This document shows, in pieces, positions 37,587 to 52,200 of a DNA stretch of 63,733 nucleotides. Source of the DNA: Pirellulales bacterium (lineage in GTDB: Bacteria > Planctomycetota > Planctomycetia > Pirellulales > UBA1268); assembly GCA_044370415.1 (NCBI GenBank), contig JBILVO010000006.1:1-63733 (forward strand), given 5' to 3'. The notes beneath the pieces are model-generated. The model was not told where the DNA came from. It did no database searches and saw only the letters and a program-made list of their open reading frames with translations. The position numbers and the translations under genes are program-made. Positions within the stretch are counted from its first letter, which is position 1; every line of letters starts with the position of its first letter.

Positions 37587-38869
37587 GCCCCGCCTCCCCC
37601 GTCGATCGCGAGCGGCGCGAACCAGCAGCTGCCGCGAACGAACTCCGACTGGCCGCTGCCGAGCACCGGCTGCGGGTCGCCGAGCAGGTGCATGACGGCC
37701 ACCGGCTCCGACGCGGCGAGATCGTCGACAGCCGCCATCAGGTCCCCTGCCCCGCGCTTCAGCGGCCGCAGCGGAAAGACCACGGCATGGGCATGGCCGT
37801 GCGCGCCGTTGTCGCCGAGCGGCCGCACGAAGTCTCCCAACGGTCCGGTCGGCACGCCCCGCGTGGCCACGCCGACGACCAGGGCCGTATGCCGCGCGTG
37901 CACCGGCTCGCGGGAAAAGCTCAGCCACCTCGTGGCGACGGCCGCCGTGCCCGCGCCGGAGTGATCCTCGGGCGTCGCCTCGGCGAGCGGACGGATCAAT
38001 TCGGCACCGACGAGACCGTGCACCTCCCCCACCAGCACGAAGGCCACGCACTCCGCGTCGGCCAGTTCGAGAAGCCGTGCGGACAGTTCGTCGAACCGGA
38101 CGGCAGGTTCGTCGTCCGCCGGCTCGAACGCGGCGCGGCCCCGTGGCACTCCCTCCCAGACCAGCCCCGACGCCAGCCGCACCACCGGCACGAGGTTCTC
38201 CGCGCCAAGGAGATAGTCGATCGCGGCGAACGGCTGCGGCGGCCGGTGGAAGACGGCGCCGCACGCCGCCACCATCTCTCCGGCGATCGTGGCCCAGGCG
38301 ACGTCGTCGGCGATCGCCGCGATTCCCAGGCCGCACGCATGGCGGGGCACCCGCACCGGCACGGCTGCGGCCGGCACGCCACCGCTCGACCCCGAGGGCA
38401 CGGCCAGCACGCCTCGCAGCAGGCCGCTGCCGGGCGGGACGATGCCGCTGAACAGGATGCGGCCCAATCGCGTGTCGTCCGCCGGCGCGTTGGCGGCCGC
38501 AGCCGCTCCTGGGGGCTGTGCGACTGCAGCCGGTCGGCCGGCCGCCTGTTCCATGAGGATCGGAGCCAGCTTCGTGAGCTCGAGCACCCGCGTCACCGGC
38601 TCGCTGGCCGCGGCGATCAGACAGCTGCCGCCGGCCGACTTCGCCGCCCGGTGCACGTTGAAGAGATTGCGGATGCCGGCGGAGCTGAGGAAGCTCACGT
38701 CGACGAAATCGAGCCGGATCACGTGCGTGCCGCGGTGCAGTTCCTCGGCGACGGCATGCTCAAGTTCCGCGCCCGACTCGGCATCGAGCCGGCCGCTGAC
38801 GACGAGATCGACCGGCTGGTCGCCGGCGTCGACGTCGCCCTTCGCTCGCCGCTCGATGGTGAGGTGCAT
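37583..38869 (-). CDS. STAS (anti-anti-sigma) domain protein with large uncharacterised C-terminal domain
   Basis: GRLDA, LDF.DVSFLSSAGIR, V.RVLELT.L in the first ~110 aa; ATGA overlap with the permease. Confidence 0.8.
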   Translation of the reverse strand: MHLTIERRAKGDVDAGDQPVDLVVSGRLDAESGAELEHAVAEELHRGTHVIRLDFVDVSFLSSAGIRNLFNVHRAAKSAGGSCLIAAASEPVTRVLELTKLAPILMEQAAGRPAAVAQPPGAAAAANAPADDTRLGRILFSGIVPPGSGLLRGVLAVPSGSSGGVPAAAVPVRVPRHACGLGIAAIADDVAWATIAGEMVAACGAVFHRPPQPFAAIDYLLGAENLVPVVRLASGLVWEGVPRGRAAFEPADDEPAVRFDELSARLLELADAECVAFVLVGEVHGLVGAELIRPLAEATPEDHSGAGTAAVATRWLSFSREPVHARHTALVVGVATRGVPTGPLGDFVRPLGDNGAHGHAHAVVFPLRPLKRGAGDLMAAVDDLAASEPVAVMHLLGDPQPVLGSGQSEFVRGSCWFAPLAIDGGGGA

Positions 38870-38954
38870 GCCGTTCCTTCGCGCCAGTCCTTCGCCACGC
38901 CGCCGCAGGTCCTTGCGCAGGTCGTATAGTAGCGGGTCGCCCCGAGGAGGACCC

Positions 38955-39395
38955 ATGGAAACCGTCTGGATTCTGCTCGCCTCCGCCGCGGGGGCATGCA
39001 TCGCGCTGCAGGCGGCCGCCAACGGGTCGCTGCGGACCAATCTCGGCGACCCACGGTACGCCGCGTTCTTCTCGATCTCCGGCACGATCGTCACCGCCGT
39101 GGCCGTCATGCTTCTGCTCCGCCCGGCGCCGCCCGCCGCAGCCGCCATCCGGGCGGCGCCCTGGTGGAACTGGATCGGCGGCCCGCTCGGGGCCGCGATC
39201 GTGCTCGCCGGCGCGGTCCTCGCGCCGAAGCTCGGGGCAGCGGCCTTCATCGCGGCCGTCGTCGCCGGTCAGCTCTGTTGCTCGCTCCTGCTGGACCACT
39301 TCGGCCTGATGAACCTGCCGCGGCAGGAGCTGACGGCCGTGCGGCTCCTCGGCGCGCTGCTGGTGTTCGCCGGCGTGCTCCTCGTGAAGCAATGA
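38955..39395 (+). CDS. DMT family small transporter (YdcZ-like)
   Basis: GGAGG SD; Q.AAN..L, PWW.WIGG.LGA, GQL..SLLLDHFG motifs. Confidence 0.88.
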   Translation: METVWILLASAAGACIALQAAANGSLRTNLGDPRYAAFFSISGTIVTAVAVMLLLRPAPPAAAAIRAAPWWNWIGGPLGAAIVLAGAVLAPKLGAAAFIAAVVAGQLCCSLLLDHFGLMNLPRQELTAVRLLGALLVFAGVLLVKQ

Positions 39396-39451
39396 CCTTT
39401 CCGCACGCGGGCACCCGCGAACTCACTTTTTCCGGGCCGCGAAGCCGTTTC

Positions 39452-40483
39452 ATGACGCCACAGCCCACGGGTTTACAGGATCTGCTCGACCGGCTCGCCC
39501 GGGCGCCAAAGGCCGAACTACACGTGCACGTCGAGGGCACGCTCGAGCCGGAGCTGGCCTTCGCGATCGCCCGCCGCAACGGCCTGACGCTCCCCTACGA
39601 CTCCCCGGAGGCGATGCGGCGGGCGTTCGCCTTCACGAGCCTGCAGAGCTTTCTCGACATCTACTACGCCGCGGCCTCGGTGCTCATCACCGAGCAGGAT
39701 TTCTTCGACCTCGCCTGGGCCTATCTGGTTCGGGCGCGGGCCGACAACGTGGTCCACGCCGAGATCTTCTTCGACCCGCAGACACACACCGCGCGGGGCG
39801 TGCCGTTCGAAACGGTGATCGGCGGGCTCAGCCGTGCAGTCGCCCGGGCCCGCTCCGAACTCGGCATGACGGCGGGCCTGATCATGTGCTTCCTGCGGCA
39901 CCTGACGGAGGCGGAGGCGTTCGCCACGCTCGACTCCGCCATCCCCTTCCGCGACCAGCTGCTCGGCGTCGGCCTCGACTCCGGCGAACGTGGCAACCCG
40001 CCGCAGAAGTTTCGCGGCGTCTTCGACCGCTGCCGCGGGCTCGGCCTGCACACCGTCGCCCACGCCGGCGAGGAGGGGCCGCCGGCGTCGATCGTCGACG
40101 CGCTCGACCTGCTCAACGCGGAACGGATCGACCACGGCGTCCGCTGCCTGGAAGACGACGCCGTCGTGAGGCGGCTCGTCCGCGACCGGACGCCGCTCAC
40201 GGTCTGCCCGCTCTCCAACGTCCGGCTGCGGCTGTTCGACAGCCTCGCCGACCACTGCCTGCCGCGGCTCCTGGCCGCGGGCCTGCGGGCCTCGGTGCAC
40301 TCCGACGACCCGGCCTACTTCGGCGGCTACATCACCCGTAACCTCACGGAGAGCTTCTCCTCGCTGCCACTTTCGGCGGCCGACGCCCACACCCTGCTCA
40401 GGAACAGCTTCACGTCGAGCTTCCTCGACGCCGCCGTGCAGGCCCGGCACATCGACCGGCTCGCCGAGGTGTTCGCCACCTGA
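39452..40483 (+). CDS. Adenosine/adenine deaminase (alternative start at 39392)
   Basis: PKAELHVHVEGTLEP, EIFFDPQ.H, AHAGE, RIDHG, CPLSN, SDDPAYF motifs. Confidence 0.93.
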   Translation: MTPQPTGLQDLLDRLARAPKAELHVHVEGTLEPELAFAIARRNGLTLPYDSPEAMRRAFAFTSLQSFLDIYYAAASVLITEQDFFDLAWAYLVRARADNVVHAEIFFDPQTHTARGVPFETVIGGLSRAVARARSELGMTAGLIMCFLRHLTEAEAFATLDSAIPFRDQLLGVGLDSGERGNPPQKFRGVFDRCRGLGLHTVAHAGEEGPPASIVDALDLLNAERIDHGVRCLEDDAVVRRLVRDRTPLTVCPLSNVRLRLFDSLADHCLPRLLAAGLRASVHSDDPAYFGGYITRNLTESFSSLPLSAADAHTLLRNSFTSSFLDAAVQARHIDRLAEVFAT

Positions 40484-40507
40484 CCGCCCGGCCGAGGGCC
40501 CCCGCGG

Positions 40508-42103
<1,596 letters not shown>

Positions 42104-42213
42104 GACAACTCTCCCTCGTGGTTGCTTCGATCGACAGGAATGAGCGGGGGCAGAAAACTACCACATGCCGCCCCGACGGCAAAACCGCGGGCCGTGCCGA
42201 CAGCTGCTCGCGG

Positions 42214-44016
<1,803 letters not shown>

Positions 44017-44198
44017 GGACGGACACGCAGGCGGAAGGGGAGGTCGCGGCGTCGGACTTCGCATCGTATCGCGGCCGGCGGCGACGCACACCGCGAACCG
44101 CCGCCGGCCGGTGCGGCGGGCTTGGTATGCTCGATCCGCCTTCCAGCCCCGCCACGGGCCGGACCCGCGGGCGCCCCTCACCACCGCTTCCACCGCCG

Positions 44199-44729
44199 AT
44201 GAACGTCCTGCCGACCACGATCCCCGGAGTCCTGATCCTGGAGCCACGTGTCTTCACGGACGACCGCGGCTCCTTCCACGAGAGCTTCAACCAGCGGGCG
44301 TTCGAGGACGCGGTCGGCGGGCCGGTCTCCTTCGTGCAGGACAACCACAGCCACAGCCGCCGCGGCGTGCTGCGGGGGCTTCATTTCCAGGAGGTGCAGC
44401 CGCAGGGAAAGCTCGTGCGCGTGGTGAACGGCGTCGTCTTCGACGTGGCGGCCGACATTCGCCCGGGTTCGCCCACCTTCGGTCGCTGGGTGGGCGTCGA
44501 ACTGTCGGCCGCCAACAGCCGCCAACTCTGGATTCCGGCGGGACTCGCCCACGGCTTCCTCGTGCTCTCCGAGACGGCCGACCTGCTCTACAAGACCACC
44601 GACTACTACGCCCCGCAGCACGAGCGCTGCGTGATCTGGAACGACCCGACACTGGCAGTGGCATGGCCGCTCGCGGGGCAGCCGATTCTCTCACCGCGTG
44701 ACGAGCGCGGCGAACGGCTGCAGGCGTGA
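44199..44729 (+). CDS. rfbC: dTDP-4-dehydrorhamnose 3,5-epimerase
   Basis: DDRG.F.ESF, QDNHS.S..GVLRGLHFQ, QGKLV, AHGF motifs. Confidence 0.96.
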   Translation: MNVLPTTIPGVLILEPRVFTDDRGSFHESFNQRAFEDAVGGPVSFVQDNHSHSRRGVLRGLHFQEVQPQGKLVRVVNGVVFDVAADIRPGSPTFGRWVGVELSAANSRQLWIPAGLAHGFLVLSETADLLYKTTDYYAPQHERCVIWNDPTLAVAWPLAGQPILSPRDERGERLQA

Positions 44730-44985
44730 GAGATCGCACCGGCACGTGGCGGCGCTCGTGCGCCGCCCCGCCGGGTGCAGTGCCATCGTGCGCATCGCGG
44801 ACGACGGAGCCGAGGATCCCGAGCTTTACGCCGCCGCGGCGTACGCGAAGGAACTCGTGCCGTCCTCAGCGGCCCAGCTCTCAGAACGGTCACAATGCGG
44901 AAGAGTCGGTTGTAACGATTGGAACGGTGGCGCGGGCAGGCCCGCCGCCAGGCCGACAAACTGTCGAGCCGCGCCGGAACGTTGC

Positions 44986-45013
44986 TTGACAGGAGTTTTC
45001 GCGGCCATACTGT
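44986..45013 (+). promoter_or_regulatory. Putative sigma70 promoter of the rfbB operon
   Basis: TTGACA-16nt-TACTGT, about 70 nt before the rfbB ATG. Confidence 0.5.
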
Positions 45014-45084
45014 TGAAAAAGTGCCGCGGCCACGCGTTCCGCCGTCCCGCGCCCCCCTCATCGCCGCTTCGCTGCTGAACCACC

Positions 45085-46140
45085 ATGATCCTCGTCACCG
45101 GCGGCGCCGGCTTCATCGGCAGCAATTTCGTCCTCGACTGGCTCGGCTACAGCGACGAGGCGCTCGTGAACCTCGACTGCCTCACCTACGCCGGCAATCT
45201 CCACAACCTCGACGCGATCGCCGGCGACCCCCGGCATCTCTTCGTGCGGGGCGACATCCGGGACGACGAGCTGGTGGGAACGCTGCTCCGGGAGCACGCG
45301 GTGCGTGCGATCGTCCACTTTGCGGCCGAAAGCCACGTCGACCGGTCGATCCGCGGCCCCGAGGACTTCATCCAGACCAACATCGTGGGCACGTTCCGGC
45401 TCCTGGAGGCGGCCCGACGGCACTGGATGGGGCTCGCGCCCGATGATCGGGCCGACTTCCGCTTCGTGCAGGTGTCGACCGACGAGGTCTACGGGTCGCT
45501 CGGCCCGTCCGATCCGCCGTTCACGGAGTCCAGCCCGCACCAGCCCAACAGCCCCTATGCGGCCAGCAAGGCGGCGGCGGACCATCTCGTCCGCAGCCAC
45601 CACCACACCTACGGCCTGCCGGTGCTGACGACCAACTGCTCGAACAACTACGGCCCCTTCCAGTTTCCCGAGAAGCTGATTCCGCTCTGCATCCACAACG
45701 CGCTGGCGGGCAAGCAGCTGCCGATCTACGGCGACGGCAGGCAGGTGCGGGACTGGCTCCACGTGCAGGATCACTGCGCCGCGATCCGCCGCGTGCTCGA
45801 GGCGGGCACGCCCGGCGAGACCTACGCCATCGGCGGCGGCTGCGAGATGGCCAACATCGACCTCGTCCGCACGCTCTGCGCGATCCTCGATGAGGAGCGG
45901 CCTCGCGACGACGGCCGCAGCTACGCGGAGCAGATCGCATTCGTGCAGGACCGGCCCGGGCACGACCGCCGCTATGCGATCGACGCCTCCAAGATCGCCG
46001 CGACGCTGGGCTGGGAGCCTGCCGAAACCTTCGAGACCGGCCTCCGCAAGACCGTCCGCTGGTACCTGGCGCACGGGGAGTGGGTGGCCGACGTCACCAG
46101 CGGCGGCTACCGGGAGTGGATCCAGCGGCAATACGCCTGA
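45085..46140 (+). CDS. rfbB: dTDP-glucose 4,6-dehydratase
   Basis: [49 protein letters not shown] motifs. Confidence 0.97.
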   Translation: MILVTGGAGFIGSNFVLDWLGYSDEALVNLDCLTYAGNLHNLDAIAGDPRHLFVRGDIRDDELVGTLLREHAVRAIVHFAAESHVDRSIRGPEDFIQTNIVGTFRLLEAARRHWMGLAPDDRADFRFVQVSTDEVYGSLGPSDPPFTESSPHQPNSPYAASKAAADHLVRSHHHTYGLPVLTTNCSNNYGPFQFPEKLIPLCIHNALAGKQLPIYGDGRQVRDWLHVQDHCAAIRRVLEAGTPGETYAIGGGCEMANIDLVRTLCAILDEERPRDDGRSYAEQIAFVQDRPGHDRRYAIDASKIAATLGWEPAETFETGLRKTVRWYLAHGEWVADVTSGGYREWIQRQYA

Positions 46141-46175
46141 GCGTTCGCCTTTCGACACGCATCGCAGGACTGTCG

Positions 46176-47261
46176 ATGAAACAAAAGACACTGCTCGTGA
46201 CCGGATCTTCCGGCCTGATAGGCAGCGAGGTGGCCACCCACTTCGACGCCCTCGGCTGGCACGTCCATGGAGTCGACAACAACCAACGGGCCGTGTTTTT
46301 CGGGCCATCGGGCGACACCCGCTGGAACCAGCAGCGGCTGTCCGCGTCACTGCGTTCCTTCACGCACCACGAGCTCGACATCCGCGACCGCGACGGCGTG
46401 CTGCGGCTGATCGACGAAGTCCGCCCCGACGCCATCGTGCACACCGCGGCCCAGCCATCGCACGACCGCGCCGCGGCCATCCCCTTCGACGACTTCGACA
46501 CCAACGCCGTCGGCACGCTCAACCTGCTGGAATCCGCCAGACGGTTTGCAGCAGGCGCCCCGTTCGTGCACATGAGCACCAACAAGGTCTACGGCGACGC
46601 CCCCAACGAGATCCCGCTCGTCGAGCTGCTCACCCGCTGGGAGTACGCCGACGCCTCGTATGAGCACGGCATTCCGGAGACCTTCCGCATCGACGCGAGC
46701 AAGCACTCGCTCTTCGGCGCGTCGAAGGTGGCCGCCGACGTGATGGTGCAGGAATACGGCCGCTACTTCGACATGCCCACATGCTGCCTGCGGGGCGGCT
46801 GCCTCACCGGGCCGGCCCATTCGGGCGTCGAGCTCCACGGGTTCCTGAGCTACCTCGTGAAGTGCAACCTCGAGGGGCGGCGGTACACGGTGTTCGGCTA
46901 CAAGGGGAAGCAGGTCCGCGACAACATCCACGCGGCCGACGTCGCCGCCTTCATCGCCCGGTTCATCGCCGCGCCACGGCCCGCGGCCGTCTACAACATC
47001 GGCGGCGGCAAGGACAACAGCTGCTCGATCCTCGAGGCGTTCGATCTCGTCTCGAGCCGGACCGGCCGTCCCATGGACTGGGTCTACTCCGAGCAGGCGC
47101 GGGCCGGCGACCACATCTGCTACTACTCCGACCTGCGGCGGATGCAGGCCGACTATCCCGGTTGGCGACCGGAGACATCGCTGGTCGAGACGTTCGACCA
47201 GATCGTGGAGGCCCACGCACGTCGCACGGAAGCCCGCACCGCGATCCCCGCATCACCGTGA
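46176..47261 (+). CDS. NAD-dependent sugar epimerase/dehydratase (CDP-paratose 2-epimerase-like)
   Basis: [31 protein letters not shown] motifs. Confidence 0.88.
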   Translation: MKQKTLLVTGSSGLIGSEVATHFDALGWHVHGVDNNQRAVFFGPSGDTRWNQQRLSASLRSFTHHELDIRDRDGVLRLIDEVRPDAIVHTAAQPSHDRAAAIPFDDFDTNAVGTLNLLESARRFAAGAPFVHMSTNKVYGDAPNEIPLVELLTRWEYADASYEHGIPETFRIDASKHSLFGASKVAADVMVQEYGRYFDMPTCCLRGGCLTGPAHSGVELHGFLSYLVKCNLEGRRYTVFGYKGKQVRDNIHAADVAAFIARFIAAPRPAAVYNIGGGKDNSCSILEAFDLVSSRTGRPMDWVYSEQARAGDHICYYSDLRRMQADYPGWRPETSLVETFDQIVEAHARRTEARTAIPASP

Positions 47262-47322
47262 CGGCGAACGGTCGCGTCCGTTGCCGAAACACGTTTCGCC
47301 CCTCCGCCCTCCTCGCTCAGCC

Positions 47323-48411
47323 ATGGACATTCTGGTCACCGGGGGCTGCGGATTCGTCGGAGCGGCGCTGTGTCGTCGACTGCGCGAGGAATCCGCGGCA
47401 CACGCCGTCACGGCGCTCGACAGCCTGAGGCGACGCGGCTCGGAGACCAACCGTGTCGTGCTGGAAGGCATCGGCGTCCGCTTCGTTCACGGCGACGTGC
47501 GGCTGCCGAGCGATATCGCCGCCGTCGGCCCGTTCGACTGGGTGATCGACGCCGCCGCGGAGCCGAGCGTGCTGGCGGGCACCGCAGCGGCGGGCCGTGG
47601 CGCCAGCCGCAGGCAGCTCGTCGAGCACAATCTCGTCGGCACGATCAACCTGCTCGAGGCAGCGGCTGGATGGAACGCCGGCGTCGTGATTCTGAGCACG
47701 AGCCGCGTCTACTCGATCCCGGCCATGGCAGGGCTTCCCCTCGTCGAGGTTCGCGACGCGGCTGGGGCGCCTGCATATCGGATCGACACGACGAAGCCGT
47801 TGCCACGCGGCGCGCGCGAGCAGGGCCTCGCCGAGGCCTTCGACACGGAAGCGCCCGTGTCGCTCTACGGCGGCACGAAGCTCGCCAGCGAGACACTGGC
47901 GAGGGAATACGCGTTCGCGGCCGGCACGCCGCTGATCATCGACCGCTGCGGCGTGATGGCGGGGGCCGGGCAGTTCGGCAGGGCCGACCAGGGAATCTTC
48001 TCATGGTGGATCCATTCCTGGGCGGCGAGGCGTCCGCTGTCCTACATCGGCTTCGGGGGCCGGGGCCTGCAGGTGCGGGATTGCCTGCATCCGGAGGATC
48101 TGGGCGACCTGCTCGTGCGGCAGATGGCGGCGGCCCGGGCAGGCGCTCCCGAACTCGTGAACGTCTCGGGAGGCAGCGCGTCGGCCACGAGCCTCGCCCA
48201 ACTGTCGGCTTGGTGTGCCGGCCGGTTCGGGCCGCACCCGGTCGGATCGGCGGCCGAAACCCGCCCCTACGACGTGCCCTGGGTGGTCCTCGACCACGGC
48301 TTGGCCTCGGAAAAACATGGCTGGAAACCGGCCCGCGGCCCCGAAGCTATCTTCGAGGAGATCGCCGCGCACGCGGCGCGGCACCCCCACTGGCTCGAAA
48401 CCTGCAGCTGA
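47323..48411 (+). CDS. NAD-dependent sugar epimerase/dehydratase (second paralog type)
   Basis: TGGCGFVG, AAEPSV, STSRVY, YGGTK, QVRD motifs. Confidence 0.88.
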   Translation: MDILVTGGCGFVGAALCRRLREESAAHAVTALDSLRRRGSETNRVVLEGIGVRFVHGDVRLPSDIAAVGPFDWVIDAAAEPSVLAGTAAAGRGASRRQLVEHNLVGTINLLEAAAGWNAGVVILSTSRVYSIPAMAGLPLVEVRDAAGAPAYRIDTTKPLPRGAREQGLAEAFDTEAPVSLYGGTKLASETLAREYAFAAGTPLIIDRCGVMAGAGQFGRADQGIFSWWIHSWAARRPLSYIGFGGRGLQVRDCLHPEDLGDLLVRQMAAARAGAPELVNVSGGSASATSLAQLSAWCAGRFGPHPVGSAAETRPYDVPWVVLDHGLASEKHGWKPARGPEAIFEEIAAHAARHPHWLETCS

Positions 48412-48412
48412 C

Positions 48413-49222
48413 ATGACGACGGAAATGCCCCTTGCATCCGGAAGTCCCGACACGGCGCAGCAGCCTCTGCGGCTGCTGTCGGTGGTCATTCCAGCCCGCG
48501 ACGAGGAGGGCTGCATCGCGTCCACCGTGCAGCACCTGCACCTCGAGCTCAAGCTCCACGGTATCCCGCACGAGATCGTGGTGGTGGACGACGGCAGTTC
48601 CGACGCCACCTGGCAGATCCTCCGCGACACGGCCGAGCGGATCGAGGAGCTCGTGCCGGTGAAAAACGCCGCACCGCACGGCTTTGGCCGGGCGCTGCAG
48701 CGGGGGATCGTCGCCGCGTCGGGCGATGCCGTGGTCTTCATGATGGCCGACGAGAGCGACGACTGCCGCGACGTGGTCCGCTACTGGAACGTGCTCAACG
48801 AGGGATACGACTGCGTCTTTGGCAGCCGCTTCATCCGGGGGGGCGGCACGATCGACTACCCGCGGATCAAGCTGGCGCTGAATCGCATGGCCAACGCGTT
48901 CATCCGGCTCATCTTCGGCATCCGGCTCAACGACACGACGAACGCCTTCAAGGCCTACCGGCGTGAGGTGCTCGACGGCTGCATGCCGATCCTCTCGCCG
49001 CACTTCAACATCACCGTCGAACTGCCGCTCAAGGCGATCATCCGCGGCTACTCCTGGGCGGTGATCCCGATCACCTGGCGGAATCGCCGCAGCGGCGTCG
49101 CGAAGCTGAAGATCCGCGAGATGGGCAGCCGCTACTTCTTCATCGTGGCATACGTGTGGCTGGAAAAATATTTCAGCCGCGGAGATTACCGGAAATCCGC
49201 GGCGCGGCATCCGTTGACCTAG
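48413..49222 (+). CDS. GT2 glycosyltransferase (polyprenol-phosphate glycosyltransferase-like)
   Basis: SVVIPARDE, VVDDGSSD, MAD, FGSRF, D.TNAFKAYRR motifs. Confidence 0.9.
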   Translation: MTTEMPLASGSPDTAQQPLRLLSVVIPARDEEGCIASTVQHLHLELKLHGIPHEIVVVDDGSSDATWQILRDTAERIEELVPVKNAAPHGFGRALQRGIVAASGDAVVFMMADESDDCRDVVRYWNVLNEGYDCVFGSRFIRGGGTIDYPRIKLALNRMANAFIRLIFGIRLNDTTNAFKAYRREVLDGCMPILSPHFNITVELPLKAIIRGYSWAVIPITWRNRRSGVAKLKIREMGSRYFFIVAYVWLEKYFSRGDYRKSAARHPLT

Positions 49223-49261
49223 AACGTCCGCCCACTTCACGCCACCGACGCCAGGCCTGCC

Positions 49262-52200
49262 GTGTCCACGAACGACATGTCGACTTCAAGCGAACGGCCC
49301 TCGGCGGCGAATGTCCTCGATTTCAAGAGTTCGCCGCCCTCCTCATTCCCCCGCGCGCATGCGACCGAGACCGCATCACGATCCGGTGACCGATCGACCG
49401 GCCGCACGTGCGTCGTGGTGCTCGGCATGCACCGGTCGGGCACGAGCGCGCTGACGCGCGTCATCAGCCTCCTGGGGGCGTCGCTCCCCAAGAACATGAT
49501 GCCGCCCGCTGCGCAGAACAACGCCCTGGGATTCTGGGAACCTGCGCGGCTCGTCGCCCTCCACAACGAACTGCTGTCTGAGGCCGGCAGTTCGTGGGAC
49601 GACTGGCGCAGGCTCGATCTCGGCGGCCGGCTCCCGGCGGCCCGCCTAGCCCACTACAAGATTGCCATCGCCGGCGAACTGTCGGAGGCATACGACGAGT
49701 CCCCGCTTTTCGTCCTCAAGGACCCGCGCATCTGCCGTTTCTTCCCGCTCTATCGGGAGATCCTGAACGACATGGGCATCGCGGTGCGGATCGTCGTGCC
49801 GCTGCGCGATCCGGCGGCGGTGACCGCGTCGCTACGGGCGCGAGACGGTATTCCCGAGGCCGTTGGCCAGCTCTACTGGCTGCGTCATATGCTGGACGCC
49901 GAAGCGAACACTCGCGGCGTGCAGCGGGCGTTCGTGGCTTACGAGTCGCTGCTGGCTGACTGGAGACGAGCGATCGCTCCGCTCACCTCCGGCCTGGGTG
50001 TCGACTGGCCTCGTGGCCCGGAACAGGCCGCCGGCGACATCCAGGCGTTCATCTCTCCCGAGCACGACCACCACCCGCGCCCGGTGTCTTCGCCATTCGG
50101 CGGCTCCGAGGCCGACTGGACCTCCCGCTGCTACTCGGCCGTCCAAAGGCTGGGGCTCGATGAACCACGGGCGATCACGGAGCTCGACGAACTTCGCGCG
50201 GAGTTCGAGCCGATGGCCGCCGTGTTCGGTCCGACGCTCGAGGCGGAGCGTTCCGGGCGGCACTACGCTCTGGCCGCGGAACGTGCCAGGGTGGACGAGA
50301 TGCTGCAGACGCTCCGCAGCGAGGCCACGTCCGAAACCGAACGCCTCGGCGCGGCATGGCTCGCGGATTGCCGTGCGTCTGACGAGGCGCTGGCGGCGCA
50401 ACGGTCTCAGGCCGCCGAACTGACCGCCCTCCGCGCCGAGGCGGCGACGGCGCGTGACGAGGCGGGGAGATTGTCCGCCACGCTCGCCGAGCAGCGGATC
50501 GCGTCCGACGCAGCATCGGCCGCGGCCCGTGCCGATGCGGAACGGGCACTGGCCGCAGTCCGCGACGAGAACGCCCGGGCCTGTGAGGCGTTTCGCCGGG
50601 AACTTGCCGCGCAGCGTGCGGAGGCTGAGGCTGCAGCTGCTGCTGCAGCCCGGGCGCTGCGCGGGAACGAGTATCGCGTGAACTCCCTGATGCACCAGAC
50701 CGGCAAGCTCCACCGAGAGCTCGCCGCGTTCCCGCGGCTGCGTCGCTGGCTGAACGCCATCCACAACCTGCGCCTGCAGACCGTCGGGCGCAGCATCGTC
50801 CTGCAGCCGACGAACGATCTCTCGGTCGTGGAAGAGGACGCCACGGGCGCGACGTGGCGGATCACGGGCAGCGATCCGTGCTTCGACATGGACTGGGGCG
50901 TCGCTACGCCGCTCCCCCCCGGACACTACCGCCTCACCATCCACGCTGACGGTTCCGGCCGGACCGTCCGCCGTGCGCAGCTCTACATCGACACCGGCTC
51001 CGGCTACACCGAGGCAGAGTCGCTCCACCTGGTCTTCTTCGCCACGGCTGCCGATCGCTGGCACACGACGTTCGTCCTTCCGCGGGGCGCACATGCACTG
51101 CGGCTCGATCCGAGCACGGACTCTCCGACGGTGAGAGTGGGTGCCGTCAGGCTCCGCAGGGTGCCACGTCTGAGTCGGGCTGTGGGCCTGGTGGCGGAGA
51201 TCGTCTCCACGAACCGGCGTCATCCCCTGCGTCTGCTGACCATCCCGCCGACGGCGCTGCTCCGCTTTCTCCGCGGGGGCCGCGAGTCGCTCGTCCGTTT
51301 CCTCCGCGAAGCCGCGGACCGGCCGGCCGCACGGCCCGCGACGTTCTGGGAGGCGCGACCCGTTCGGCTGAAGACGACGGGGGCCCGCCACATGGCCCGC
51401 CGCCCCCCCACGATCGCCGTCCACGCCCACGTGTTTTACGTCGACATGCTCGACGAGGTGGCGGCATGCATCGCCGCCATCCCCCACCCCGCGACCGTGT
51501 GCGTGTCGACGACGACCGCCGACGACGCGGCCGTGACCGCAGCCCGTCTCCGCGCGCTGCCGCACGTCGCGCGGCTCGATGTCCGGGTGGTGCCCAATCG
51601 CGGACGCGATATCGGCCCCATGCTCGTCGACTTCGGCCCCACGCTCGCGGAATCCGACCTGGTCGCCCATCTGCACACGAAACGATCGCCGCACAACCTC
51701 GATCTGCGGGGCTGGCGCACCTACCTCTTCGACGCAGCTTTCGGCTCGCAGGATGTCGTCCGGACGATCCTCGAGCGGTTTGCGACCCGCCGCGACCTGG
51801 GCATGCTGTTCCCGGCCACCTATCTGCCCGTGCGCCCCTTCATGCGGATCGGCGCCAACGGGCCCGCGATCGAAGGCCTGCTCGAACGGCTCGGTGATGC
51901 CCGAGTGACGGCGGCGGTTCGGGACGACTTTTTCCCTGCCGGATCGGTCTTCTGGTGCCGGGGCAGCGTCATCCGCAGGCTCGTCGACCTGGGCCTGACG
52001 ACCGACGACTTCGAACCGGAGGAGGGCCAGGTCGACGGGACGCTCGCGCACGCCCTCGAGCGAATCCTGCCGGCGGTCGCCGCGATCGACGGTCAGGTCG
52101 CCGAGGAGTACGTGCTCGACGACCGCAAGGTCGGCGAAAGCCGGCCCGATCGGATCGCAGACGTCACCGACCACCTCTTCCTCGACCACGACCTCGGCGG

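Noticed and set aside
45008-45020. IS-like terminal repeat CTGTTGAAAAA
   Set aside because: No partner inverted repeat or transposase; it overlaps a plausible promoter -10 region.
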